From Desulfatiglandales bacterium (lineage in GTDB: Bacteria; Desulfobacterota; DSM-4660; Desulfatiglandales; Desulfatiglandaceae), in the NCBI GenBank assembly GCA_963666345.1, contig OY762721.1:2016001-2080000 (forward strand): a stretch of 64,000 nucleotides of DNA. The letters are read 5' to 3'. Within the stretch, counting starts at the first letter, position 1. The number at the start of each line of letters is the position of its first letter. The notes under the pieces were generated by a model. The model searched no databases. It was not told the DNA's origin and saw only the letters and a list, made by a program, of their open reading frames with translations. Positions 50,580-60,447 of the stretch are shown here, piece by piece. A program made the position numbers and the translations under genes.

Positions 50580-50622
50580 GGCTCATCCTTTCAAAAAATT
50601 ATAAAAAGGGGTTCAAGGATTC

Positions 50623-50678
50623 TTTGCTCCGCTTACGCTTCGCTCAGTCCCACTGCTTCGCAGCGGGTTCCCGGTTTC
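50623..50678 (+). repeat. Family A 56-bp mini-element within 9-mer repeats
   Basis: GGTTCAAGGATTC[element]AAGGATTCAAGGGGTCAAGGATTCAAGGGG. Confidence 0.9.
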
Positions 50679-50700
50679 AAGGATTCAAGGGGTCAAGGAT

Positions 50701-51072
50701 TCAAGGGGCCGAGTGTTTATTTTCTAATGATTTTATCAGTGCTTTGAGCATTCTTTCCACTTCTACGATATTACCTTTTATTGTAGCCAATGCCCCTTTT
50801 TCAATGAACCCTAAATCACCTGCCAATAATATCTGGGTTTCCACTTCACAGATTGAACCATAAGCAATATAAAGCATCCGGATGTAATCAGCCGTGGTCT
50901 TTCTTCCATATCCTTCTGCAATATTGGAAGGCACAGACACAGGCGATCTTCTTAGTTGTGAAGTAAGACCGTATTTTTCTTCCTTTGGAAATTTGCCTGT
51001 TATTCTACATATCTTTAAACAGAGTTCGTATGACTTTTGCCAGACCTTCAGATCCCTGTAAGTCTTAAGCAT
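50701..51072 (-). CDS. Four-helix bundle protein (23S rRNA-IVP/bAvd-like family)
   Basis: YRDLKVWQKS, FPKEEKYGLTSQLRR, SNIAEG, GS..E.ETQ. Confidence 0.93.
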   Translation of the reverse strand: MLKTYRDLKVWQKSYELCLKICRITGKFPKEEKYGLTSQLRRSPVSVPSNIAEGYGRKTTADYIRMLYIAYGSICEVETQILLAGDLGFIEKGALATIKGNIVEVERMLKALIKSLENKHSAP

Positions 51073-51122
51073 TTTTATCCGCCTGTTCTGTGGCGGATCA
51101 CTCGGCCCCTTGAACCCTTCTT

Positions 51123-52748
51123 TCACCTTCCCTCACAGAAAAACATGGTCCCTTCATCCCACCCGCTGATTACGGTGGAAGAAGACGCCATTTCAGGGGA
51201 AAGTGACTTTATACAGCTTTCCGCGCTCTGCTCGGATATAAAACTTTCATTGACAATGACCACGCTCTTTACACCCTCCCTGCTGTTCCAGTAGGGTACC
51301 AACCGTAAGGCAGGTACACGCGGCCTGTTTCTTATAATTTCATAGGAGCCTTCCAATGATTTTCCGCCTGACAGGCAAACCCAGTTGCCCGCACCTGAAA
51401 ATGCCCGGCCTTTCAAAACAACCGCCGGCAGGTTCACTACCTGGCCCACCTCTATCCTGTCCAGGTTTCTTATGTGGGGGTTGGCCTTTGAAACCGCGTC
51501 AAGATAATCTGGCCTGAAACTGCCGTATATGTTCGAGATGATTCGGCTGGCGATATCTCCCCTTTTGACTATGATCCTGCCTATCATCTCCGGCACAACA
51601 GCCGATGTTTTTTCCACTCCCTCCGGTTTACCGCCCGAAGGCCCGCTTTTTTCGGCAAAAGGGTCAGGCAGTGGAGTTACCGCCGCCTCTACCCTCTTTG
51701 CCCCTGAGGAAGCTGGAGTCAAATCGGCTGTGTCGTCATATGAGGCAGGCACCTTTGCTTCAGGCGCGCCGGCTATCTCCTTTACAACCACCTGGCCTGC
51801 CTTTTTCTCCCCGCTCCAGGGCATCCTGATACCGTACGGAGGCGGAACCATGTTTATTATGGCCCATGTAAACAGCGCGCACGCCCCCGCCGTTACAAAA
51901 GACCACCTGAGCCTTTTTGCCCCTGTTGAACCGTCTCTTTTGACGCATGAGCGCACAAGCGACCAGGTTACCTTTGACCTGTTCTGAATGATAAGGCTCA
52001 ATACGATCTTGTGGCACAGATGGATTATCTTTCTGGGATAGCCCCCTGTAGCCCTGTAAATGTAGACAAACGCCGGATAGGTGAACCTGACGGCGGTCCT
52101 GTCCCTCCTGCTCGCCCTTTTGAGGCGGAACCGGATCATATCCCCGGCATCCCTGAAATCGAGCGCCTTCAGATAGTGCAGGAGATTTATCCTGTCGCTG
52201 AAATTCGGTATCTGCTCAATGGTTGACTCGAATTCGCTCTGGGCGAATATCACTATCTGCAGGAGCTTGTACTCATTGGTCTCGTAGTTTAAGAATTCCC
52301 TCAAAAGCTCGAGGCAGAAACCGGGTATCTTCTGGCCTTCATCGATAATCAGGACGACCGTCTTTTTATCGTCAACACCCCTTTCAAAGAGGTACTTTTT
52401 TATGGCCTCCTTGAGCTGCCATTCACCCCGGGTTTCTTCTTCCCCGTACCTGCCGAACATACCGGCGACCGCACGAAGGAAATCAATGGGAGAGCCGAAC
52501 GCCGGATCAAATATCAGGTGGGTCTCGATCCTGTCATCTGTGGCGAATCTCTGTATGAGCTGCCTGCACAGGGTGGTCTTTCCGGTTCCCACCCTGCCCA
52601 GCACCACATTGAGCCCGCGCTTGAGCCGGAGGGCCACTTCAAGCTTCTGAAGACAGTCCAGGTGCTGGCGGGACTGGAAAAAAAACGCGGGGTCGGGAGA
52701 GTTTGAAAAGGGCTCCCGACTGAAATCAAGGATCTTGTAGTAGTCCAT
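51123..52748 (-). CDS. ExeA/MshM-like AAA ATPase with TM and LysM-like domain
   Basis: EPFS.SPDP.FF, GRVGTGKT, IIDEGQ, GGYPR; ANPHI.NLDRI.VGQ. Confidence 0.88.
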   Translation of the reverse strand: MDYYKILDFSREPFSNSPDPAFFFQSRQHLDCLQKLEVALRLKRGLNVVLGRVGTGKTTLCRQLIQRFATDDRIETHLIFDPAFGSPIDFLRAVAGMFGRYGEEETRGEWQLKEAIKKYLFERGVDDKKTVVLIIDEGQKIPGFCLELLREFLNYETNEYKLLQIVIFAQSEFESTIEQIPNFSDRINLLHYLKALDFRDAGDMIRFRLKRASRRDRTAVRFTYPAFVYIYRATGGYPRKIIHLCHKIVLSLIIQNRSKVTWSLVRSCVKRDGSTGAKRLRWSFVTAGACALFTWAIINMVPPPYGIRMPWSGEKKAGQVVVKEIAGAPEAKVPASYDDTADLTPASSGAKRVEAAVTPLPDPFAEKSGPSGGKPEGVEKTSAVVPEMIGRIIVKRGDIASRIISNIYGSFRPDYLDAVSKANPHIRNLDRIEVGQVVNLPAVVLKGRAFSGAGNWVCLSGGKSLEGSYEIIRNRPRVPALRLVPYWNSREGVKSVVIVNESFISEQSAESCIKSLSPEMASSSTVISGWDEGTMFFCEGR

Positions 52749-52759
52749 AACTCAAATAT

Positions 52760-52934
52760 GACGGCTTCGTAGAAAGTCCAACTGCTGCGTTATGCTTCAT
52801 CCTCGCCCTGTTAAATTCTCGCTGAGCGAGACGGCCTAGCCGATTGAACAGGGTGAATCATTGCGGCGTACTTTAGGTACGCCTCATTCCTAAAGCTTTG
52901 CAAGCCTTGCATTTGAACTTTCTACTGTGCCGTC
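52760..52934 (-). mobile_element. MITE-like family G, copy 3, with nested ~50-bp insert
   Basis: Inverted copy interrupted at ~52805-52857. Confidence 0.82.
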
Positions 52935-52995
52935 TCAATTTTGACTTGTTAGGATGTCATCAAATATCGACGATCCGGTATAGGCCCCCCGGGAC

Positions 52996-54625
52996 CTAGT
53001 TTCTGGCGCTTAACCGCTTTTTCAGGATATAAGGGGTGATAAAGACGAGCACCTCTTCCATCTTGGCCGAAGTTGACTCGGAGCTGAAAAGCTTGCCCAT
53101 GATAGGTATATCCCTCAGCCACGGGACACCGGCATCGTTGTCAAACTCGGTCTTCTTGGTCAGCCCTGAAATCACTATGGTCTCACCGTCCTCCACTATA
53201 AGGGTGGTCTCCGTCTGCTTTCTGATTATGTAGGGGTTTCCCAGGACCGTGCGGCTGTCATCCACCTCGTCCTTTTTGACAAGCACCTTCATCTTGAGTT
53301 TATGTCCCTCGATTATGTGGGGGGTGATCTCAAGCCTCAAGACCGCGTCTTCAAACTCGACCTCCTGGTCCCCCTCGGTCATCGATGGTGACAAACGGGA
53401 CCTTTTCCCCGTTTTCCGTGTAGGCCATCTGGTTGTCAAGCGTGGATATGGAGGGGCTGGACAGAATCTTGACCTTGCCTTCTTCCTGAAGTGCCTGGAG
53501 CTGCATCTCAAGTATGCTCCCTCCGATCCTTCCGAACATCAGGCCGAGGGAACCCGCACCCATCGCGTCGGTTACGTCGATCGGGAAATTGGACGCATAT
53601 CCCTGTCCGCTTATGCCGGAGGGCCCGTAATACGGGCTGTAGTTTCCGCCCTTGACCGTGTTGTCGGCCGGATCAGCGCTTCCGCTAGAACCTCCGGGGG
53701 TGAGATACACCTGGTCGCCGCTGACGGTGCCTGCAAACGCGCCTCCCCATCTCACGCCCAAGGCGCGCGCCGTGTCCTTGGTGGTCTCAACGATATTGGC
53801 CTGTATCCGGATCTGGAGGGTGGGCCTGTCGAGCTGCTCCACAAGACTTATCATCTTTGACATGTCTTCCATTGTGGCGTTTACGATAAGGGCGTTGTTG
53901 TGCTCATCCACCGTCACCAGCGGTTCCCCGGCCATGAACTGTTCGACACCCTTTTTGTCGTCTTTGCCCTCACCGCCGGTTTTCTGAAGAAGCAGCTTTG
54001 AGAGATTGTCGCTCAATTTCTTGGCATCCGCGTAATGGATCGGGATTATCCTGGTAAGAAGTGGTTTCAGCCTCTTTATCTCCCTTTCCTGGGCCTCCCT
54101 TTCCTTTTCAACCGTCTTTATCTCAAGATCGTACTTCATGTCGCTTATGGACATCACGCGTATTATGTCGCCCTCCCAGGAATAGGTGAGCCCGCGTGTG
54201 CTCAGGATCGCCTTGAACACCTCGTCCCACGGCGCCTGACTGACGTTTATGTTGGTAACCCCTTTTACCCCCTCGTTCATCATGATGTTCTGACCCGCGC
54301 TTCTGGCAAGCGCCCGCAAAATCACGTTTACGTCGGTATTGCGCATGGTCATGGTGACCTTTGTCCTGGGAAGGGGCTTTTGAGGCTTGATCTTCTTTAC
54401 CTTGATCTCGGAAGGCTCTTTTCTCTCGGGAAGATCGATTTTCCGGGAAGAGGCCTCAGGTGAATGACCCCACGACTCGTCAGCCATCTTCTGCCATTTC
54501 TCGAAAAAGGGGTCCTCCTTTTTTGCCTGTTTTTCCCACGTGCAAGAGGAAAAAACAAAAATAAGGCCTGAAATGACGCAGGCTGACAAGAGGAACCTAC
54601 TCCTGGATCTGATAATTGACGCCAT
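52996..54625 (-). pseudogene. pilQ: Secretin (PilQ-like lipoprotein), 1-nt frameshift at ~53375 (real or sequencing error)
   Basis: Lipobox FSSC; SSPSI.TLDN in one frame, LEITPHI...VPWL.DIP..G.LF...LVFITP in another. Confidence 0.82.
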
Positions 54626-54637
54626 AATCTATTTCCC

Positions 54638-55141
54638 CTATAAAATTTCTTCTTCCATTGGAACGATTGTCTGTTGCTGTTTTCCCTTTGCCCCGATCAC
54701 AAGCTTGTTTGAGTCTATGCTCAGGAGCATGAATCCTCCGGGCTCCAATTCCTCACCCTGCTCGTACTCGAGTCCGTTTATAATGGCCATCTTCTTTTTA
54801 CCCACATTCATGAACCCTGAATAGGTAAAGGCCGGAAACTGGATATTCTCTTCCTTTTTTTGTGCCTCAGCCGCTATGTCGGCAAGCTCGGTCCAGAGAA
54901 AAGGGTCCTTTCCCCACTTATCTTCCGCCCCCGCTATGACATAGGATTCATTCGGTTTTAGACTGCGCGAGCCCATGTCCACGGACACCGTGCCCACAAA
55001 GGACATCAGTTCATCCCTGGCGGCCTTGGCGACATCGACCTTTGCCTTTTCCTTGCCCGATGAGGAAAAAAGCATGTAAAGCCCGCCCGCAATCACCGCG
55101 ACTGCGGCAATGGCTATGATTATTTTTTCTCTTTTATTCAT
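54638..55141 (-). CDS. PilP/GspB-like pilus accessory protein
   Basis: Single TM, W..DPF, MAIING; position between pilO-like and secretin genes. Confidence 0.55.
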   Translation of the reverse strand: MNKREKIIIAIAAVAVIAGGLYMLFSSSGKEKAKVDVAKAARDELMSFVGTVSVDMGSRSLKPNESYVIAGAEDKWGKDPFLWTELADIAAEAQKKEENIQFPAFTYSGFMNVGKKKMAIINGLEYEQGEELEPGGFMLLSIDSNKLVIGAKGKQQQTIVPMEEEIL

Positions 55142-55175
55142 GAGATACCCTTGATTCCTGCTTGATGAATAGGGA

Positions 55176-55715
55176 TTAAGACTCCAGGAAGACCCAGAAC
55201 TTGACCTTGAATTCACGGTCGCCCGGTGTCTGATATATCCTTACCAGCTCCACCTCTTCAAGGAAAGGCAGGCCGCCCGTTTCCCTCAAAAAGGCCTGAA
55301 AGTCTTCGAAACTGCCCTTACACTGCGCGCTCACCAGCATCCGGCCTTTTTTCTCACCGAGCGACCCGACGTCCGGGGCGATCCCGATATCCCGCATTCC
55401 GGTCTTTGAGGCGATCTGTTTGAAGGCGGATGAAATCCTTTCTATTTCTTTCCTGGGAATCATCTCCTTTTCAGGTAAAGGGAGGTTTCCTATGCTTTTT
55501 TTGTCAAGTTCGGTCTTAAGCTTGGTGTAGATAGGCTTCAGGGTCTGATGCTCTTCCACCCGCATTTCCAGTTTCGCGACCCTCGAATCAAGGACCTTTA
55601 TGGAGTTGTGCCTCGGATATACGAGGAAAAAGAGTGCCGCCGCAAGGACCACCAGGAATATGACTATATTGCGCAGGGTGTCGGCATGCATTTTAATGGA
55701 TTTTTTTTCGGCCAT
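55176..55715 (-). CDS. PilO-like protein
   Basis: TM, coiled coil, GSFEDF..FL; operon position. Confidence 0.65.
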   Translation of the reverse strand: MAEKKSIKMHADTLRNIVIFLVVLAAALFFLVYPRHNSIKVLDSRVAKLEMRVEEHQTLKPIYTKLKTELDKKSIGNLPLPEKEMIPRKEIERISSAFKQIASKTGMRDIGIAPDVGSLGEKKGRMLVSAQCKGSFEDFQAFLRETGGLPFLEEVELVRIYQTPGDREFKVKFWVFLES

Positions 55716-55720
55716 CTGGG

Positions 55721-57676
55721 CTATTCCTCAATATCGAGTTTCAATTCAAAGCTTAGGGCCTCGCCTTTGACCGTATTTTTAAATGCGGTCTTTTCAACTT
55801 TGGGCCTTCCGAAAAGCCGGCAGTCTTCAAGGTTGATCACATAGGTGGTGAGGGCCTGATCATACGATTTCGCAGACCCGAAAACAAAACCGGTGATATC
55901 GACTCTCCTGGCCTTGCCCCCCCCCTTTTTCCCTTTCTCATTATTCTGCTTGTCCTGCCCTTTTTGCTCCGACTTGAATATACATTCCGCGCTCGTTAGC
56001 TTGATGCTCGGAGGGGTTCTCTTTGTTATCTCATTTATCACGGAAATGGGTCCGTATTTTTTTATGTACTCCCTTGCTGCCGCCTGCTTCTTTTTTACCT
56101 TGGCCGACATGCGGCTTATCAGGTCCTTGTTTATCACCACTTCATACTGATTGAGCCTGGCGTTGAGCGCGGCGGCCTGGTCCTCTTTCTGAGACTCTAT
56201 GCGGCCCTGCCAGAGGTAATAACCCAGGACTGCTATAAGCAGGACGGAAAAACCGACCCTTATTCTCCTGTTAAGGGCCTTCTTTCTTTCAACCGCATCC
56301 CTTGCCTCATGGGTAAAGTTGAGATTGGGGGTGCGTGATTCGTCTGAAAGAGCGATCCCTGTGGCCACGGTATACCTGATTCTCTCGCTCAGGGAACGGG
56401 GAGGAAGCTTTATCCCCAGGAAGGGATTTTCGGAATCCATGGGATCGAGAATGCCCCTGTCGATCCCCAGCTGCTCACCGATATAATCGATTATCGGTCG
56501 ATAGCCCTCTATTCCGCCTGCCACAAATATCTTGTCGACCCGTTCGTTTCCAAGAACATTGGTGTAATGCTCGAAAGTCCTCTCAGCCTGCCTTATAAGC
56601 CTTTCAAGGGCGGGCCCTATAAACTCGATCACCTCTTCGTCACTGAAACTCAAACGGTGAGGGGGTGCCTCCGAGTCGGGAGACAGGGCATTAAGGATAC
56701 CCCTTGCCTCGTCGAAATTCAAAGGCGATATGTCTGCGGGGATTTCATCGGGAGTAACCTCAAGATCCCCTTCCGCATCAAGATCACCCAGAGAGAACTG
56801 CTCTTCCCGGTCTGAAAGATCAATGGAAGGCCCTGCCGCAAGCTTATCGTTATATGCCTCCACAAAGGACTGGATCATGCTGTTAAGCCCTGTCTTTATA
56901 TCCCTTGTAAGGACGAGATTTCCTTCCGAGAAGATATCTATGCGGGACCAGTCTCTTCCTATGTAAAGGCTTCCGACCGCACCGGTTCCGGTCTCCAGCC
57001 AGCCGGTCTTAAAGAGGTTCTGGTTGGCAAAGGGTGTAATGGAGATTCCTTCCAGCTCGATCCCTGCCCTGGAAAAAATTCCGTTTATCTCCTTTACCTC
57101 ACTTTTGGGGGCTGTGTACACAAGCACGGCCAGCTTGGGTATCCCCTTTTCCATGACCTCCTTCTGGACCTGGAAATCGAGGAACTTCTCTTTCTCATCA
57201 AAAGGGTGGTCCTTCTTAACGGTCCAGTAAACCGCATTTGCCACCTGGCCTTTTGAGATCTTGGGTATCAGGATATTGTACACATCGACATTGGCAGCGG
57301 AAAGAGAACTCCAGATGCTTACGTTTTTAAGAGACCCGTTGAAGCTGACAAGCGCGTTTTTCAGGAATTTGGCAAACTGCGGAGAACTCCTTATGAGATC
57401 TCCCTCATAGGGGACCTTTTGATAATCGAGCAGCTCCCAGCGCCTTTCAGAGGACTGCTTCACCTTTACAAGCCTCAGGGCCTCAGGCCCCAGGTCCACG
57501 CCGATGGTAACCCCCTTTTTCAATGAAAGGATCTTTCCCTTGGGCGTTTTTCTTTTCTTTGGGATTGATGTTTGGGGGGGCTGGGCATCCGTTTCCACCT
57601 CCGGGGGGGAGGATTCAGGAGAACGGATGGCATCCAGAAGTTTTTCAGTGGAAGTGATCTCGTCTTTTTTGGGCAA
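55721..57676 (-). CDS. PilM-PilN fusion protein
   Basis: IGVDLG actin-like start, IFVAGG, A.GIAL, then NLN + TM + PilN-like C-terminus. Confidence 0.78.
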   Translation of the reverse strand: MPKKDEITSTEKLLDAIRSPESSPPEVETDAQPPQTSIPKKRKTPKGKILSLKKGVTIGVDLGPEALRLVKVKQSSERRWELLDYQKVPYEGDLIRSSPQFAKFLKNALVSFNGSLKNVSIWSSLSAANVDVYNILIPKISKGQVANAVYWTVKKDHPFDEKEKFLDFQVQKEVMEKGIPKLAVLVYTAPKSEVKEINGIFSRAGIELEGISITPFANQNLFKTGWLETGTGAVGSLYIGRDWSRIDIFSEGNLVLTRDIKTGLNSMIQSFVEAYNDKLAAGPSIDLSDREEQFSLGDLDAEGDLEVTPDEIPADISPLNFDEARGILNALSPDSEAPPHRLSFSDEEVIEFIGPALERLIRQAERTFEHYTNVLGNERVDKIFVAGGIEGYRPIIDYIGEQLGIDRGILDPMDSENPFLGIKLPPRSLSERIRYTVATGIALSDESRTPNLNFTHEARDAVERKKALNRRIRVGFSVLLIAVLGYYLWQGRIESQKEDQAAALNARLNQYEVVINKDLISRMSAKVKKKQAAAREYIKKYGPISVINEITKRTPPSIKLTSAECIFKSEQKGQDKQNNEKGKKGGGKARRVDITGFVFGSAKSYDQALTTYVINLEDCRLFGRPKVEKTAFKNTVKGEALSFELKLDIEE

Positions 57677-57909
57677 AACAGGGCTCCTGATTAAAAGGCT
57701 TTTTGACTAATTAAACACACAAAAGATTAGGGCGCCAAAAGAAATATCATGACTGAAAAAATCATATCCCCTGTTCATGTCTGAAACGATATGATACGGA
57801 AAAGATAATATATTTTATATATATATATAAATTAATCAATATAATTAAAGGACTAAAACATCGATTTGTCAACACTTTTCTGGCTTTACTGTCCAAAAGC
57901 AACCCTTTT

Positions 57910-59619
57910 TCACTTCTTTTTGCCAATTTTATCTTCAACGTTCATGAACCTTCTGCACATCTTCACATAACCGGAGGCAACAGGCGAACCCCTGAAAGGC
58001 AAGAGATCTTCCAATGCTTCTGTCCATTTGTCAACATTGAAATAACTGATGCCCCTGCATATTTTAAGATCAACGCTTTCGGGAAAAACTTTTATCCCCT
58101 CTGAGAGGGCCTCGATTGAACCTTTGAAATCACCTCTTCTCTGAAGCACGGTTCCAAGGCCCAGGTAGGCACGGTGATCCTTGGAAAAGGAAAGAGCGCG
58201 CCTGAAAAGCTTCTCCGCGGCGGCATCCGAGTCCCTCACTTCACTGATTGCCGAATAGTCACCATGGCTGAAGGTAAGGCCGAGCCTTGAGAGGAAATCG
58301 GCGTGCAGGGCATCCATTCCCCTGTCTTCAACAAGCACCAGTTTTTCCGCGAAATCACTCAGGCTATGAAAATAATATTCCCTGAGGACCGCACCGAATT
58401 CCAGGACCCGGTCCTTTGAAAGCGCGCCGTCAGACTCGAAATACATGATATCCTCGATACGGTTCAGCCATATATCATCCGTGAATTTCTTATTCTTCTT
58501 TATGTCCTCATAAAGTTCGGTTCCGGGAAAAAGATCCAGGATGTAAAACACGGCCGCGAGCGGCTTTATCTCCTCTATAAGGGAAAGGGTCTGTTGTACC
58601 GTATCAGATGTTTCGCCGGGCGAGCCGTATATGATATACGCACGCGCGAGTATACCAAAACTTTGCGTAAGAAAAAAGGCATTTCTTATATCCTGTCTCT
58701 TGAGATTTTTTTTCAGTACACTGTTTCTTATCGTCTCGGAGCCGCTTTCCACCCCGTAGCTGATCTGTATGCACCCCGCCTTTCTCATCCAGAACAGCAG
58801 CTCTTCATCAACATAGTCGACACGCGATATGGCGGACCAGCTTATGGCAAGCCCCCTTTCAATGATCCCCCTGCAGATCTCTATGGCCCTTGCCCTGTTT
58901 ATGGTAAAGGTGTCATCGGAAAAATAGAAAAAAGACACACCCCTTTTGAAGAGCAGCTCCAGCTGCCCGACAAAGTATTCCGGAGAATGAAATCTTACCC
59001 TGTTTCCCCAGAACCTGGGGGACCCGCAAAATGAACAGCGGTTCGGGCAGCCACGGCTTGAACAGACATGCTGGTAATCAAAATATCCGGAAGGAACCGG
59101 CAGGGTGTCGAGATCCTCTATAAAAGGGGCATCCTCCGTCTTTATGATCCTGCCCTCTTTTCTGAAGGCGATTCCCTTGATTTCATCAAGAATGCAGGAA
59201 GACCTGTCTTCAACCCATCTGGCAATATCGAGAAAGGCGTATTCACCCTCTCCCAGGACAACCACGTCCACCTGCATGAAATTTTTCAGAAAAAGCTCAT
59301 ACAAGAACGTGGCCCCCACCCCGCCGAAGACCACCTTTACCCCGGGATCTATCTCTTTTGCGATTCCTGCTATCTCAAGGCCGCCCCACCTGTTGGCGTT
59401 TAAAATGGAAATACCGATCAGGGAAGGCCTTTGCTCAAGGAGTTGTTCCCTTATTAGATCAGGCCGCTCTCTCATACCGTGGCAGTTCAGGATATCCGTT
59501 TCAAAACCGTTTTCCTTAAGGAGTGCGCCTATATAGTAGAGGCCTATGGGAGGCACCCGGACATCTTCTTCCTGGAGCCTGTCTTCGAGGCAGTATGGGT
59601 ATATGAGGAGTGTTTTCAT
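57910..59619 (-). CDS. B12-binding radical SAM protein with C-terminal TPR
   Basis: PPIGL, SRGCPNRCSFC, YGVESG. Confidence 0.92.
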   Translation of the reverse strand: MKTLLIYPYCLEDRLQEEDVRVPPIGLYYIGALLKENGFETDILNCHGMRERPDLIREQLLEQRPSLIGISILNANRWGGLEIAGIAKEIDPGVKVVFGGVGATFLYELFLKNFMQVDVVVLGEGEYAFLDIARWVEDRSSCILDEIKGIAFRKEGRIIKTEDAPFIEDLDTLPVPSGYFDYQHVCSSRGCPNRCSFCGSPRFWGNRVRFHSPEYFVGQLELLFKRGVSFFYFSDDTFTINRARAIEICRGIIERGLAISWSAISRVDYVDEELLFWMRKAGCIQISYGVESGSETIRNSVLKKNLKRQDIRNAFFLTQSFGILARAYIIYGSPGETSDTVQQTLSLIEEIKPLAAVFYILDLFPGTELYEDIKKNKKFTDDIWLNRIEDIMYFESDGALSKDRVLEFGAVLREYYFHSLSDFAEKLVLVEDRGMDALHADFLSRLGLTFSHGDYSAISEVRDSDAAAEKLFRRALSFSKDHRAYLGLGTVLQRRGDFKGSIEALSEGIKVFPESVDLKICRGISYFNVDKWTEALEDLLPFRGSPVASGYVKMCRRFMNVEDKIGKKK

Positions 59620-59833
59620 GATGATCTTTTCCCGAACAGCCGGAAGCAGGGGTTCATGCGCATGTTATCTTGAAACCCCGACCCCTTGGACCCTGTCTTC
59701 TTTAACGGTTGAGACCTGAAGGCCGAATACCTATTATTTCTTACCTGGGGAGACGATGACAAGGAGAAAAAAACGGCTCCTCCCTAATGCAACAACAATC
59801 ACTTGACATGATATCACAACATAGTATCATCTT

Positions 59834-59923
59834 TTTCATAGACCACACCCTGATCGAGTCACAGAAAAGGGTGCCGTAAAATCAGCAAGAAGATTTTTCA
59901 AGGAAACAGGGGCGTTACGATAA
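59834..59923 (+). pseudogene. Truncated HicA-like toxin (C-terminal 29 codons only)
   Basis: FHRPHPDRVTEKGAVKSARRFF...*, stop overlaps hicB ATG. Confidence 0.78.
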
Positions 59924-60264
59924 TGGAATATAAAGGATATTTCGGGAAAGTTGAATTTGATGATGAGGCGGATATATTTTACGGCGAAGTAATTAACCTG
60001 CGGGATGTAGTCACTTTTCAAGGCGAAACAGTCAAGGAATTACGGAAAGCCTTTTATGACTCTGTTGATGATTATCTCGAACTTTGCGCCGCTCGCGGTG
60101 AGGAACCTGAAAAACCTTATTCCGGAAAGTTCGTGGTTCGGGTTGACCCTGAACTCCACAAAACCATTTCCATACAGGCAAGAAAAAACGGGAAGAGCCT
60201 CAACGCATGGGTTCATGAGGCTTTATCAGAAATTGTAAAAGAGGGGGCGGGGAAAAACCTGTAA
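59923..60264 (+). CDS. hicB: HicB family antitoxin
   Basis: MEYKGY.G...SVDDYL...PEKPYSGKF.VR..PELH. Confidence 0.93.
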   Translation: MEYKGYFGKVEFDDEADIFYGEVINLRDVVTFQGETVKELRKAFYDSVDDYLELCAARGEEPEKPYSGKFVVRVDPELHKTISIQARKNGKSLNAWVHEALSEIVKEGAGKNL

Positions 60265-60447
60265 ATATAATACGCCTTGTACATCGCTCCCTGGCGCCTT
60301 ACATGTGACATCCTGCACCGGTGGGCAGGTGTACCAAATTCTTTTACCTTCGTGCCGATACCCGAATTAGACAGTGGTACGGGAAGTAACGGCCGGAAAC
60401 AGCTGTATTGGTTGAAAAAGATATAAGCGGGAAAGGGGCAGAATCTG

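Noticed and set aside
44525..51072. Diversity-generating retroelement (Avd-like gene plus repeated pilin segments)
   Set aside because: No reverse transcriptase in the window; pilin copies differ at all base types and by an indel, not only at adenines
50701..51072. 23S rRNA intervening sequence
   Set aside because: No rRNA sequence flanks the gene; the family name is historical
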